A stretch of DNA of 64,000 nucleotides from Octopus vulgaris (GCA_951406725.2 OX597821.1:88288001-88352000), one strand, 5' to 3'; numbered from the stretch's first letter, positions 26,699 through 41,204 are shown. Translations and numbers: made by a program. The notes: generated by a model not told the origin, from the sequence alone.

Positions 26699-26788
26699 AA
26701 GTCTGATGAGAGAAATATAGAGTATTTCTATGGTTGGAGTTAGCTTACTTATGGCAACTTCTATCTTTTCGAAACGGCCGTAAGACTT
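26699..26788 (+). ncRNA. Hammerhead-like motif with long stem II
   Basis: CTGATGA (26703-26709), 61-nt insert closed by GAGAA/TTTTC, GAAAC-GGCC-GTA, then AGACTT complementary to upstream AAGT(CT). Confidence 0.55.
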
Positions 26789-27196
26789 CATACATAGACT
26801 TTATACGCGTTCAAGACTACTAATGAATCATTTTACATCCGCTTTACCATCCTTTTCATTCGGACGTCGCAAGTATATTTACGGGCTTACACTTTTTATA
26901 TATTTATATTTATGAATTTTTATGAGTTTGTAAATTTTTATATGTGGATGAATTTCCATATATTTATAATTTTCGTGTATATGTATGTATTTATAAATTC
27001 TTAGAAATATTTTATATATCTTATAGATTAAAGCATCTATTTATGTACTTTGTATACCATGGAGAATTTCGCTAATATGAACCTTTGAATTTGTTTTCTC
27101 CTCTCCTTAATTTTATATTCCTAAAGCTCTATCAGAGCGCTAATCAGTTGAGGTGTATAAAGTGGATCCCTATAATATTTATTTCTTCAGTATATA

Positions 27197-27349
<153 letters not shown>

Positions 27350-27411
27350 CATATATATATACATATATATATACATATATATATACATACATATATATAT
27401 ATATATATATC

Positions 27412-27663
27412 AAAATTACTAAGTCTCTCTAAAGGAGATTACGGCAGCGTTACTGGAAATTAATAGTTATCGCCATACTTATATGGCAGTCTTATAAATA
27501 TAAGACTAAAGCTGTCGCTGATTGGCTCCATGAGGCCACCGCCTCAAGCTAGCTATTTGACACACAATCTGCGTCCATTATAAACCTTCGAACAGGGGAG
27601 TTCAGCCGCTTCATCCTGCCGTAATCTCCTTTAGAGAGACTTAGTAATTTTAATATTTCTATT
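27412..27663. mobile_element. MITE-like element with 36-bp inverted repeats
   Basis: 27412-27447 is the perfect reverse complement of 27616-27651; partial copies at 32840-33040 and 46869-46935. Confidence 0.8.
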
Positions 27664-27725
27664 ATTGAAAACAAGTGGATGTATTCCACTGAAACTAGGT
27701 AAATAGATTATTTGCTATTGATCTC

Positions 27726-28262
27726 GTGCAGGATACTCAAACTGAACAACCCGAGGGAAGTACGGCAACTATTGTTGCAAAGAAGGTGAAAATAATGACA
27801 ACGAAAAAAGCGCACGAGCAATTGGCTGATAGGTGGGAGGAGAAACCTCTGCACGGCAAATATGTGGCCCGCAGCAAACAAGCTGATGTTGACCAGAAGC
27901 AAACCCATCAGTGGCTACGGAGCTCAGGGCTGAAAGCAGAGAGCGAAGGTTTTATCCTGGCTGCTCAAGATCAAAGCCTATTAACCCGGAACTACCGGGC
28001 CAATGTGATGAAAAATGGAGCAGACCCAAAATGCCGATTCTGTCTTAACTGGTAAATCACACGTATTGAGAGGAGCATAGTCGATGTGAGAACTATTACT
28101 ACCCATGTATTTTAATTTAACTTTATTTCTATAACAAAAAAAAAATGAACGAACTAGTGAATTTAGTTTATTGGCCTACCAATGTATACTATGAGTTTCT
28201 TTGCCCTAGGCCTCGGGAAGACACTCGGCAAGAAATGGAAGCAAATTTGAAAGAAGAAGAAA
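27726..28262 (+). mobile_element. R4/Dong-clade non-LTR retrotransposon relic (5'-truncated, endonuclease region deleted)
   Basis: WEEKPLHGKY..WLRSSGLKAESEGFILAAQDQSLLTRNY..DPKCRFC (post-RT region and start of the CCHC knuckle), joined to LTGKSHVLRGA*SM* terminus; followed by (TAA)n at 28266-28340. Confidence 0.8.
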
Positions 28263-28263
28263 A

Positions 28264-28343
<80 letters not shown>

Positions 28344-28352
28344 CAACAACAA

Positions 28353-28525
28353 CATCGAAAAATACATTAGGAATGAGAACCGAGGTTCGGAATTTCCCCA
28401 AAACACCTGAAGAAGGCTGGAGGGTATATCAGCCGAACAACAAACAAGATGAGGACAAAAATCCAGCAAATGTATATAATGTAAATATTGTACATAATTC
28501 CTCATCTCTTAAATATAGAACTGTA
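28353..28525 (+). mobile_element. Short element with broken hammerhead motif
   Basis: CTGAAGA-A-GGCTG-gagggtatat-CAGCC-GAA at 28407-28437; the GAAA/stem III part is missing. Confidence 0.5.
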
Positions 28526-28644
28526 GGACATTGATGTTACTTGCAACAAAGGCAGAAGAGACTTTATGTTTCTTCTCACCAATATTTTCTAAGCTGGTCA
28601 ATAGGAGAAACATTGTGTGTTGTAAGACATAAGGTTTGACATAC

Positions 28645-28871
28645 ATCTTGCTGCGTTCCTTTTGCCGGGGACTTATATCACTGCTATATCTGTATAAGAA
28701 TAAATTCATATCTCTGTATATACTGTCATATAACTATAATTTTTTCCACTGTGCATAAACCAACTCACGTGTAATAGTTTGCCTTTCTTTTACGGATTAG
28801 CAGTACATTTCTGAAACTACTTTCTTCTGATGACCTAGGCCTTCATTCTATTTCGATTTTTTAAGCAATAC
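28645..28871 (-). other. Two candidate non-coding exons (28871-28769 and 28689-28645) separated by a 79-nt intron
   Basis: tgttttcAG/103 nt/GTGAGT..ttcttatacAG/45 nt/GTATGT; the 103-nt exon has stops in all three frames. Confidence 0.4.
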
Positions 28872-29281
28872 CTGAAAACAGCACATACTACCTCTTATCA
28901 ATAAACAGATACAACCAATATTTTAAAACTTATCTTTGCTATTGACAAGATTAAACACACAAAAAAGAACAAGCATGTTTTATTCTTTTTTTTTTTTATT
29001 TCCTGGCTTAACCTACACAGACTGGTAATATTCTAATAGATGTTATTTTAATTTTATTTTACTGTATTTTATCCCAACCGCAACAAAATCTTTATATACC
29101 TAAGTATCTTTACATATTTCTGAAATCATCAACACCCCAGCAACAGACATCCGCACCAAGTCCACATAAAATAATATTACCTTTAAATATTTCTAAACCC
29201 ATCCCAACACACACATGCAACGTATTCTTTTGAGCCTACTTGATTTCCTATAAATACAGTCTACATTCTTCTTCGAAATGT

Positions 29282-29327
29282 TATAGTCTGACGATGGCCT
29301 CTGGGGACGAAACTTGCAGTCATTATA
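29282..29327 (+). ncRNA. Minimal type-I hammerhead ribozyme with canonical core
   Basis: Stem I TATAGT/ATTATA; CUGACGA+U; stem II GGCC/GGAC (1 mismatch); GAAAC-ttgca-GUC; predicted cleavage after 29321. Confidence 0.75.
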
Positions 29328-30340
29328 TTCATTATGTTGCAATGAGCCTTCCAATCTCAACCCAAATTGTACATCGCTATTGTATTGTGTTCTCACTTTC
29401 AAATATGTTCTAACATTGAGCATGCTTCACTTACACTTTTCTCTCTCTTGGTCTTTTTGCTTGTATGTATGCGTGCGTTTACACATACATACGTACAAAC
29501 ACACACACACACATAGCAATTTCTCCCCCTATACACACACACACACACACACATATATACGTATATATATCTTTGCATGTATATATATCACCTTTCTTTC
29601 AATCATTCTACTTGCATTCATATCTTACGCGCTCACTCACACACACACACATACACACAGAGGTACACACACACATACAGAGGTTCTCTCTATTTCCTTT
29701 CCCTCTCCCCCCTTCTCTCTCATCGTCTCTTTATAAAGTTGGAATATTTCCACACACAATACAGAACACTTTCTCCTCACTGGCATTTTTTGATACTTTT
29801 TACCTCTTTCTCTAAAAAATAATAATAAAAAATTACCACCAAAAGAGATAAAACAAAAATGTATCCCTAGACGAGAAATTCTCAGTGGAATATTTTCAGC
29901 ATAAAGAATTATTTCCTAAGAAATATATCCAGACAATAATAAATGAAGATATCAGAATAAAGAAAAAAAAACTGCTAATGATCATTGTTTTATGTTCGTG
30001 GGGATTGTTGTCTCCTCTCTCGTTTCTGCTTATATTCGCCTAAAAAAAATGTAGGAGAAGCACAGCTCTTCCCCCAGTCTCTTACTAAAAATGCCGTGAA
30101 ACAATTATTTTCTTCTTAAATCTGACAGGCAATGAATTCCATACTTTTACTTCTGAATCTCTACGCACATCATCCATTTTTTTCAGTCTAGTTGCCACAA
30201 ATATCTCGTTTGTTTCGCTTCAACCAACGACAGCATGAATCTAAAGTTGTATGTATGTAAGTATGTATGTATGTATGTATGTATGTATGTATGTATGTAT
30301 GTATGTATGTATGTATGTATGTATGTATGTACCTACGTAG

Positions 30341-30375
<35 letters not shown>

Positions 30376-30653
30376 TGATCTACCTCTGTGTCACAGACAT
30401 TCTATCCTTCATATGCACATACGCTCACAGATATGCATACTTACAAATACAGATCTCACCACATATATGCTTACATGCATATATCTATACACAACCACGT
30501 ATTGTATGTAGGATATCAATGTATGTATGTACATATGTATGTATTTATATATGTATGAATCTATGTGTATGTCTGTAGGTATATATAAACTGGCATATAT
30601 ACGTATATATGTATATACACATATATGTATATGTATATATATATATATATGTA

Positions 30654-30712
<59 letters not shown>

Positions 30713-30745
30713 CATACATATATATACATATATACATATATATGC

Positions 30746-30793
<48 letters not shown>

Positions 30794-31349
30794 AGGATAG
30801 GACTACACAGCCACAGCAGGAAATGTATCAGGACATGAAATGTAAAAGCCGGACTGGACTATTTTATGCGCAACTCCATTGACTCCCAAGACAAAAAGGA
30901 TGCCAATATATATATATATATACAGAGGTGGGAAGATACATACATACATATAAATATATATATATTTATGGGTACGCAAGTGAAATAGAACTCTATAACG
31001 TACCAATGAATTTCACAGGAAGCTCACTGATTTGACCAATATACACGCACGCGCACAAACACGCACATATACATTCATGTTGACAGAAAGAAGGATGAAG
31101 CGGAAAGAGTCAATTCTTGTTTAAATATTATATCATGTTATACACAAGTATATCTGCTATGTTAGATATTCTTCCTCCGTTACTTGATAATGCTTTACTA
31201 AGCTATTAAGCAAGATATGATATGTATGTTATATGATATATATGTGGCTATTAACTGGTATACATGTGAGCATTTTTATCCTTACTTGGACAGCGGCTGT
31301 TGTTATCGCATCTGAAACATGACAAGTGTTCTAACCAAATACATTCTAT

Positions 31350-32009
31350 ATTTCATTTCATTGTATTAGTCAGTTAACTGCGGCCATGCTAGAGCACAAC
31401 TTTTAATCGAACAAATCGCCCCAAGGATTTATTCTTTGCAAGCCTAGTACTTATTCTATTATTATTATTATTACTAGTATTGTTGTTATACATACATACA
31501 AACATATGTAATGATAATGATAAAGGGATCTAACACATGAACAAAATAAGAATGAACAAAAACAACAACAAAAACAAATTACATGAACGTATATAAACAG
31601 AAGATACAAATACTGCAGGCATCCCCCCCACACACACACTAAATAAACATAGACGCACATAGAGATATAAGCATGCGCAAATGAAGACATACAATAGAAA
31701 TACAAAATGGCTGACGCTTAGTAAGGAGAGACACAAATAAGAAAGAAGAAAACAAAGGACCACTGATGCGGTCACAGGAGTGTGACGAAAGAACTCTGGC
31801 CGAAATAAGATTAAGATTAATGTAAAAAATAAATAACACTGAAGCAAAGTAACACGAAATATATAGTGCGTGTGATTTTATTGGCTAAACTGGCAAAATG
31901 ACCATTCCGAAATATAACAATATCTGTTTCAACACACGACTTCACATAAAAAATCTTGCACAACAAATATATATATATATGTATATATATAAGTATATAT
32001 ATATATATG

Positions 32010-32061
<52 letters not shown>

Positions 32062-32230
32062 TGAACTACGATCTTCTTTTCAGCTTCCATCTTTCAAATC
32101 CACTCACAAGGCTTTGAACGGCTCGCGACTAAAGTAGAAGACAAATTGCACAAGATGCCACGCAATGGGACCGAAACCGGAACCATGTCATTGGGAAGCA
32201 AGCTTCTTACCACACAACCACGCCTGTACC
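31350..32230 (-). mobile_element. SINE family 3 split by an insertion (tail 31350-31459, head 32065-32230)
   Basis: Both parts align to the family; 31460-31970 is unrelated sequence. Confidence 0.7.
31460..31970 (+). mobile_element. PLE 3' terminal fragment (family C) with hammerhead-like motif at 31757-31801
   Basis: Close homologue of 50073-50590, which follows a GIY-YIG C-terminus. Confidence 0.75.
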
Positions 32231-32405
32231 TTTATACATATAATTAATTATAGCTTTATGAGTGTGCTACGAAATACTATAAAAAACATTGTTTTCGATT
32301 TCATGACGGTTAACAAAATTCTTAATAAATCGTGAGAAAGAACTGCCAGTGCCTCCACGCTCCAAATACATGTCTGGTCTGTCACACAGCGTGCAAGAAC
32401 CAAGC

Positions 32406-32501
32406 CTTATGCTAAAGTCATCTCAAAGATCCTCAACAACTGCCATAAACGGACTTATGCTAAAGTCATCTCAAAGATCCTCAACAACTGCCATAAACGG
32501 A
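32406..32501. repeat. Exact 48-bp tandem duplication
   Basis: CTTATGCTAAAGTCATCTCAAAGATCCTCAACAACTGCCATAAACGGA occurs twice. Confidence 0.95.
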
Positions 32502-32839
32502 GGAAATTAATTATGTGTAGAGATGCGATCACATATGTCACTTGTGTTTAATAACATGTACGTCATTGACTAGTTTGAAAACTCATATCCGAGCACATGT
32601 AAGGATGAAAGTCAATCAGTACAATGAGGCTTTATATGAGACAAAATGAGGTAATCATCATCAGTATATATATATATAGGTGAGAGAATATTGATTTTCC
32701 CTTACAATAGAAAGGACCACATATCCCAACGGGCAATCCGCTAACAACCGGGTGATATTAAGCCACTCTGCTGAAAAAACTGCGATTTACCGACAGGGGC
32801 AATGATAGCGGAACTTTTTTTATATTATATATACTTACA

Positions 32840-33040
32840 TATAATTAATAGTTATCGCCATATTTACATGGAGCTAATCAGCGACAGCTTTAGTCTTATA
32901 TTTATAAGACTGCCATATTTAAACATGGAGCTAATCAGCGACAGCTTTAGCCTTATATGTATAAGACAGCCATATTTAATTTCCAGTAACGCTGTCGTAA
33001 TCTCCTTTAGAGAGACTTAGTAATTTTAATATTTCTATTA
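32840..33040. mobile_element. Partial copy of the 27412 MITE-like family with an internal tandem duplication of about 57 bp
   Basis: CATGGAGCTAATCAGCGACAGCTTTAG occurs twice; ends TCTCCTTTAGAGAGACTTAGTAATTTTAATATTTCTATTA. Confidence 0.75.
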
Positions 33041-33042
33041 CT

Positions 33043-33099
<57 letters not shown>

Positions 33100-34270
33100 A
33101 AAACTATATCTCTGCGCCTAGAAATACATTTTGAACTTTTGAACTTTCATTTCACGTTACTCCACTTTATTTCATTCAATATTCGAGTATATATTCTTTT
33201 ATTATCACCAAAATTTAAATCCCTTAGTGTGTGTACGCCCGTGTGTTTATGGTCTGAGATGAATACTGTTTAGTTCCCGCTTATTTTCTCGTCAACCATT
33301 TATTTATGAAAAATGGATTGAAATTCTTTTACAGTTTTAATATCTCAATCCTCTTTGTAACATCGCATATGTTTATGCACATGGAACATCAAACATACAC
33401 ACAAGCGCACATACAAACAATATCCACACTGGCACACTGATAGAGGGAGAAGGGGAAGAGAGAGAGAGAAATAGAGATAGATACATTATTTGTATACGAC
33501 ACTTGCCATTAGATACAATATATAAATTTTTTTTCAAAATTACTTATGAGGGAGATATACTGGGAAAGTTACATGGCTTTTTGAATGTAAATAATATAGT
33601 CGTGAAGAATCTTAGAATAATTAAAGGTGACCGCTTACGACGAATCTAAATCAGATTTAATTAGTTTGTGGTTGATCTTTTCGTCTTCTCTTGTACATGA
33701 AGAAATTTACTTCTGTTGATATAGAGTTAAGCAATGTATTTTAAAGATGGCTACGTGGTGAACAGTTATGGGCTGACAAATGTAGGTTTTGTACCTTAAG
33801 TTCAAGAGAGAAAACTATAAAATGTTTAATGTAACAAGGTTAAAAATAAGGCAAAAGAAAAATGATCATGAAATAGTAGTTTTGCAGTAAATATAGGAAA
33901 CAGAAGGAAATAATGAGAATAAAAAAAAAAATGTTAGCCAAAGGAAGAAAATAAAGGGAAAATGGCGACAGAAGTAAAATTGGGGAAATAATGTAGAAAA
34001 TAATAATCTTTAAAAGTAAAACTAATATTTCTTGTCGTAATGCAATTATAGATTTTAGTGTTTACAGAAATCATTTTTTCCCCTGCACTGTGGTTTCCTG
34101 TGTGCCAATTACATAGTAAACCAACTAAGAAAACCAGATAGAAACAACACGAAATTCATGAAACTATCCTTCAGTTAAACTAGGGCAGACGTGTTAACTA
34201 CAAACTGAAAATTAATGACAAACAATGGCAAAACCAAAGCACTCGTCGAGGGGATACATACATACATACA

Positions 34271-34347
<77 letters not shown>

Positions 34348-35029
34348 TATATACTTATATATATATTTATATATATGTGTGTATGTATATATATATCAAC
34401 AATGAAAATGATTGCAAAAACAATAAGAACAACTACGATTATAATAAGCAGCAACAGAGAGAGCAGGAAGAACTTCCTTACCAAATAATCGAATCTCGTG
34501 TACAAATTTACATGCTCGTCCAACATTTTTATATGTCATAACATGAATTTATATTGGTTTGCTGAACTACCTCGACATTATGCAGTCACATGATAATATA
34601 GAACAACTGTGTTAGAGCATTATTTTACTTTGTACATCTATACAGTAGTGACATTAAATCGAATTGATTTGAATTATAATACATGAACAGATACATATAA
34701 ATATAAATCATATTGGGAAATTCTAATAGGTAATAAATACCATTATTTCTATTGAAAATCGGTGTAAAGAACCGTAAGAAAGTAGTGAAAGGAAGATTAA
34801 TTCTGATTTTCCTATAACTATGGAATTCTATTGAAAAATAATTAATTATTAGAGTCTGTGGTATTTTTTATACCTCTTTTTTTTTTCTTGTAAGTTATTT
34901 AGTTATTTTGTCTTTAATAAAATGGCAAGTTACTTCTTGTTTTGGTAAAATATTCATTTCTAAGTAACCTTCATTTGTAAGTATTAGATTAGTAATTGCT
35001 TCGTGTGCTACGAACTTGAAAGAGAGAGA

Positions 35030-35084
<55 letters not shown>

Positions 35085-35789
35085 GAGAGACAGAAATACA
35101 AGGAAGGAATTTCTGATTGGACGGAATATGTTCCTCTGTGCCTTCCTAATCATTATAATTCTGAGTTAATATATGAAAACGCTGAATTATAAATCCTTTT
35201 CTTGTTTGATTTTTAGTGAAAATGTCGTTATAGCAGTTCAAACAGATAGCACTTTTGCAAAGTACAGAAGGCAAATCGAGTCAACGCGGTAGCATTTAAC
35301 TGCTTACTTGACCTGTTAAAAATAGCTGTCAAATTTACCGCAAGTTACAAATCACTGATATCTGCCTTAAAAAAAAAAATGAAAGGACAAATTGGATAAT
35401 ACTAGATTATATAAAATATCTCTTGCACCATTGATTAATGCGAAAATATCAAGGAGTTTTTCAGCCGAAGATCTCTGCCACCTGAAATGTTCAACAGTGT
35501 TTGTCTTCAGGAATGCCAGTCATAGCAACAACAAATAACAAATTTCTTATTCTTTTAATAGAACACTAATGAATCTGTGGAGTAAGCAGCTAGGGCTGTT
35601 GTTGTTATTTGACAACGTTTTAACGCGGTACAAATGTACTTGCTCGACGACATAGGGAGATTATTAAGAGAGAATGCGGTTTAGATTTTTGAAACGTCTC
35701 GGTACATTACTGGGACTTATTATATCGATTTCGGATGGAGAAAATACTAAGTCAACTCCAAGTCATGGAACGCACTAGTTTCCTTCTTA

Positions 35790-36010
35790 ATAGCGAACAT
35801 TTCAAATTTTTGCATAAGTCCAGCAATTTCAGGGGAAGCAGTAAGTCGATTACATCGACCCTAGTTTTCAGCTGGAATTTATTTTATCAACCTCGAAATG
35901 ATGAAAGGCAAAATCAACCTGGAGGGAATTTGAACACACAGCGTAAAGACGGACGAAATGCCGATAATCATTTTGTCCGTCGTAGTATCAATTATGCCTT
36001 CTCGCCGTCT
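35790..36010 (-). mobile_element. SINE family 4, diverged
   Basis: GTCGATTACATCGACCC..ATGAAAGGCAAA..AATTTGAAC..GACGAAATGCCG. Confidence 0.75.
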
Positions 36011-37488
36011 TAGTCTCAACAGTGAATATCAGAAGCAGTAGATGATGTTTCCACAGATTAGGTACACTGAGCGGTGAATTTGCATGTTACGAAATTAAGA
36101 TGCTCTTACGATACTTCAACACATGTGGGTATATACTCAGATGGTAACACACACATTTAATAATGATAGATTCAGTTTTGCATAAAGAATATGCTGCAGG
36201 TCAAATATTGTTACGCAATACTAGCATTTATGCCCTTTCTCTGAACTTCTATGACCCATTGGTGTGGTTTTTAGATTATGTTTAGTTGTTAGCAAAGGTG
36301 GGAAAAAAACAAGTTTCCAAATGAAAAGTTCGCAACTTGGCTGTAAATGACATTTGATGTCAGAGATATTGAATTTATGACTACAGGCAGGCATGTTTAT
36401 AGTTCGTACAGGCTGAATTATTCCATCCCCTATGTCGTAGTAGAGCTAGGGGGTTGAATGCTAAGCGCTGAAGCCATTAATGCAATTTAATGGCTGTCGT
36501 TGTCATCAATTCTGCAAGTCAAGCATGATTATGCACACGATTTTGAAAACTAAGGCACAGTAATTTATTCAACTTTGAAGAGCTCATGTAGACCTGTTTG
36601 ATCCTGATTTCGAGTAAGATATCTTATTCCAAAACAAAGAATCCAAGACATTTGGAAATAGAAGAAGCATTTCCCTTTTGTCACTTGTCTAGGACATTGG
36701 ACATCAATCTAAACCTAGATTATTAAAATTATTAAAACTCATGCGGTGCCGCTTTAAATCTCTTGGGGGATGTAGAAACTTTTACTAATTGGACATATAT
36801 GCAAAACATTTTTGACCACATCATTTTGTTTGCAAATTTCCATTTATTATTCTTGTAGGAATCGATCTAAAAACTCCACTCCTCGTCGCATACTGAATGC
36901 TTTGTAATGATAAAGTAATGAATTACGTTGTTCCTGCAATTTCTCCGAAGCCTTCATTTATCTACAGTTATCTCTATAAGATAACTGTGAGTGCGAGGTG
37001 TCATACACCGCGTCCAAAACAAATTGCAATTAGCAGACCAGTAAATTAACTATTCAAGCTACAAATGCTGCGTTAGACAATATGACCAATTCAGCAGTAG
37101 TAAAATAATATTTATTATACGTGTCTGTCAGAATCTGTACAGTTCATCAACTACTAGAGTGTCTTGGTAAACTATCTGTTCACTGTGTTCTCTACTATCA
37201 GAACAGGCTGAGAAGTTTTATCTCTACTCATGTCAGACCCTTGTCATAAATCTCCATCTATTCAATGCTATAAATCAACACAGGACTTAAATGAAATGTT
37301 TTTATGTTATGACAAGAGGAGAAGACGTTTTACACTCAAACAAAGCAATAGATGTAAAAAACAAAAAACAAAATAAAATAAAATTCCTATATTTTCTATT
37401 ATATTTGGTGAGTATTGTAGCGTATTGAATTTTTTTTGTTTCACACACATAATAATAATGATAATGATGATAATAACAATATTAATGT

Positions 37489-37565
<77 letters not shown>

Positions 37566-37772
37566 TAATAATAATGATGATGATAATAATAATAATTTGT
37601 AAAATTGTTAATTGACTTTACACGCAAAAAAGAAATTCAGAAGGCATTACGAGTAAATTATAGTGCTAAAAATCTACAGTAAATTACCTTGAATGCACTT
37701 ATTAACACAACACTTAAAAACAAAATGGAGAAGCTGAAGATGGCGGTAGCAATAATAATAGATATGAAAATG

Positions 37773-37826
<54 letters not shown>

Positions 37827-38030
37827 GCAACAACATTAACTAAAACAACAACAACAACGAGAACAACAATGATGATATTGTAAAGATGATTTGGAAATAC
37901 AATAAACTCAAGAAAAAAAGAGAGGGAAAATATCTAAAAGCTTCCATAATTTATAATTAATGGGATTCTAGTAGGAGAAGAAAATAAAAGCATTCAGTTG
38001 AAAATCATTCTCCACCATCCATCTACTCAC

Positions 38031-38046
38031 CGCATATATAAAAATG
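38031..38046 (-). other. Candidate 16-nt microexon (or 3' end of a longer exon)
   Basis: T10-CAG acceptor / CATTTTTATATATGCG / GTGAGT donor. Confidence 0.3.
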
Positions 38047-38473
38047 CTGAAAAAAAAAACATTGTATAAAAGCTTTGTACTTTATTCTTGTGGTGCCAAT
38101 TTGGTATATTTTCTACAAGAAAATAGGAATTCAATACCTGATTTAAGCACAATATGGACGTAGCACTTTTATTCCTCGTCTTTTTATAACCATTTTTTTT
38201 TTGTAAAAAAAGAAAAGTAAGACCATTATATAAATAACTATAATATTCAACAATTGATAGAAACAAACCCCACCCTATTTCACTACCTAAAATATTGTTC
38301 TAGTAAAATAATGAATATTAAAGACAAAATATTTATGGCTATCTCAACACCATCTACCAAACTAAAATAAAACAATGCAAAACAAAAAAACTCCAGCTCT
38401 AAGTGGAAAAATTGCAATAAATTATAATAAATGCAGATGCAAAAGTTATGTTGCTGTTTTGGTTGTTTCGGTA

Positions 38474-38535
<62 letters not shown>

Positions 38536-38745
38536 ATTATTGGTTTGTTGTTGATGTCGTTGGCGTGATTTGCTGTAATATGGTGCAAGATAGTTACAAT
38601 AAATAAAATGAAGCTGGGGAATATACATACATTACATATATACATACATATATACATACGTACACGCATGCATGTATATATATAGACACATACATACATA
38701 TAAATGCCTGTGTATACGTATACATAAATGTATATACACACATAC

Positions 38746-38872
<127 letters not shown>

Positions 38873-39078
38873 TATATATTTGCATGCACGCTCATTCACA
38901 CACACACACATATGTGTGTACACAAGCATTATATAGGTATAAATTCATTGTGGTAATTGCTGTTAGTTTTTTATTTTTGGTGTTGTTGGTTAGGTAGGAG
39001 CTAAATTGTGATAGCACAGGAGTAAAATAATTACACTAAGTACAATAGGACTGGGGAATATATACACACATTCACACA

Positions 39079-39109
<31 letters not shown>

Positions 39110-39150
39110 TGTATCTATGTATCTATCTATATATATATATACATATACAT

Positions 39151-39181
<31 letters not shown>

Positions 39182-41204
39182 ATGAGAGAGAGAGAGAGAG
39201 AATACGTAGTTTTACGCACAATAGACACACAGATATATATATATATATATGCATATATATATACACACATACAAATAATGTATAGAGGTATGTATATTTA
39301 TTTGTACATATGTGTGCATAATGTTAAGCACATACACGCACGCATATACAGAGACACACTCTCACATATATACTCACAAATATATATTAGCGGATGTAGA
39401 ATCACGAATCTTTTTTTTTCTGTATTTCACATTACCGGTTTTTCAAACGTTCGATGTAAGGAAACAGTGAAACAGTGTATAATGACAACTTTCCGTAAGC
39501 ACAGCTAATAAGAACAGTAATCGGATATTTTCCCCAAAATAATAAAAACAACACAACAAAGCAAACACTTAAAGATGTTCTTTACATATTCATCTGTTTA
39601 ATGGTCACAGGCAAAACACGTGATAGATTCATCTATTCTTATTCTAAACATGCAATATTTTTTCACGTCCTTATTTAAACAGCTAGATAAAATATTGCGG
39701 TTATTTAGTATTGATAAATAATTGAATGTTTTTATTTTCTTTGTATAAACTATTTTGCAGAATAAGGCAAATGCAATATGGTAAGAAATAAAATAGATTT
39801 AGTAAATGTTATCCAGAAATTCCCAACATTGGTGTATGTATATATGCATGTATGTATATTCGATTTTTAGGCGTCATATGGCTGGTGACGTAGGTAGTAT
39901 ACTTTTGACGCCACGACTCTATCAATATTAAACATATCATATTCACATAAGCAAACTTTCATGTGTGTGTATACACAGATACATATATATATATGTATAC
40001 ATATATATACACATTCATTTACATACGTATATACATATATACGTATGTATAAATACATGCATGTGTACATATACACATATATTTATATATCTATATATAA
40101 ATATGCATGTATATATATATTTGTGTATGTATATATATGTTTGTATGTATCTCATTTCATATATGGTAATGGACCCCTCATATCGAAGACTAATATACAG
40201 TCACATACGTGTTAACACACGGCATACACAAAGACCCTCACCGAAAAAGTTTAACGCACAAACGTCTGTGTCCGCGCCTCCGTGTGAGAATATATTTAAA
40301 CTTTTGTTTGTGAAGTTGATGATTGGCTACGTCCCCACTCGGAATTTTTCGCAACGTGTGATCTTTCAAACGACATGGGCATTATTGGAGGTTCTTAAGT
40401 GTTTGTACGCAGAAGAAAGTAAAAGTGGAATCGTTTTGTTTGTATTGTCTAAAGTTTGCTAAAGTCATGAGATGGTCAACAAAATATGTCAAATGGAATA
40501 TTAATGTATGAATGGCAGAAGAATTTCTGTTGAGATGCGTGTGAAGTACCGAGGAAGATATGGCGTACTCTGCATGAAACGTGTGGCCTTGAGCACAATT
40601 TCGAAATTATAATCATTGATATTAATAAATATATAAATGAATATTTTGCATGAAGATGTATATCATCCTTGCAGTTAATGCTATATATGGACAGAAATAA
40701 TAAGCAAAAATGAATAAATAAATGAAATAAATAAATAATATACAAATAAAAATTGTAGAAACAACTGGAACAAGTATATCATAAGCAGTAACGGAAACAA
40801 GCCTGCTGTTTTAACAGTGATAATAGATTGTCTGAAAGAATATATATCCTTTCAGTAATAGCGGATTCTGTCATATCGGCACTCCACCATTTAGGAATGG
40901 TACCCCAAATATTCCAGCAGCAACAGTATAAATCTTCTCAAGTGGCATGCAATTACTCAGTCTATCGTATCAGCATCTGCTGCCAGAGACTCTGTCTGTC
41001 AGATTAAATGAATAACATAAAGCATTTGCGGTAACGCATAAAATTATACATAAAATACGAAAGAAATTGCACAATGTGGACATACTACAAATTGGATAGA
41101 AAAATGTATGTCTAGTTTTGTGTTAAATTATCTTCGCACAATTTTACACAACCTTGGACAAAGGTACATAACTTTCAACACATACATACAAGCAGACACA
41201 CTCA

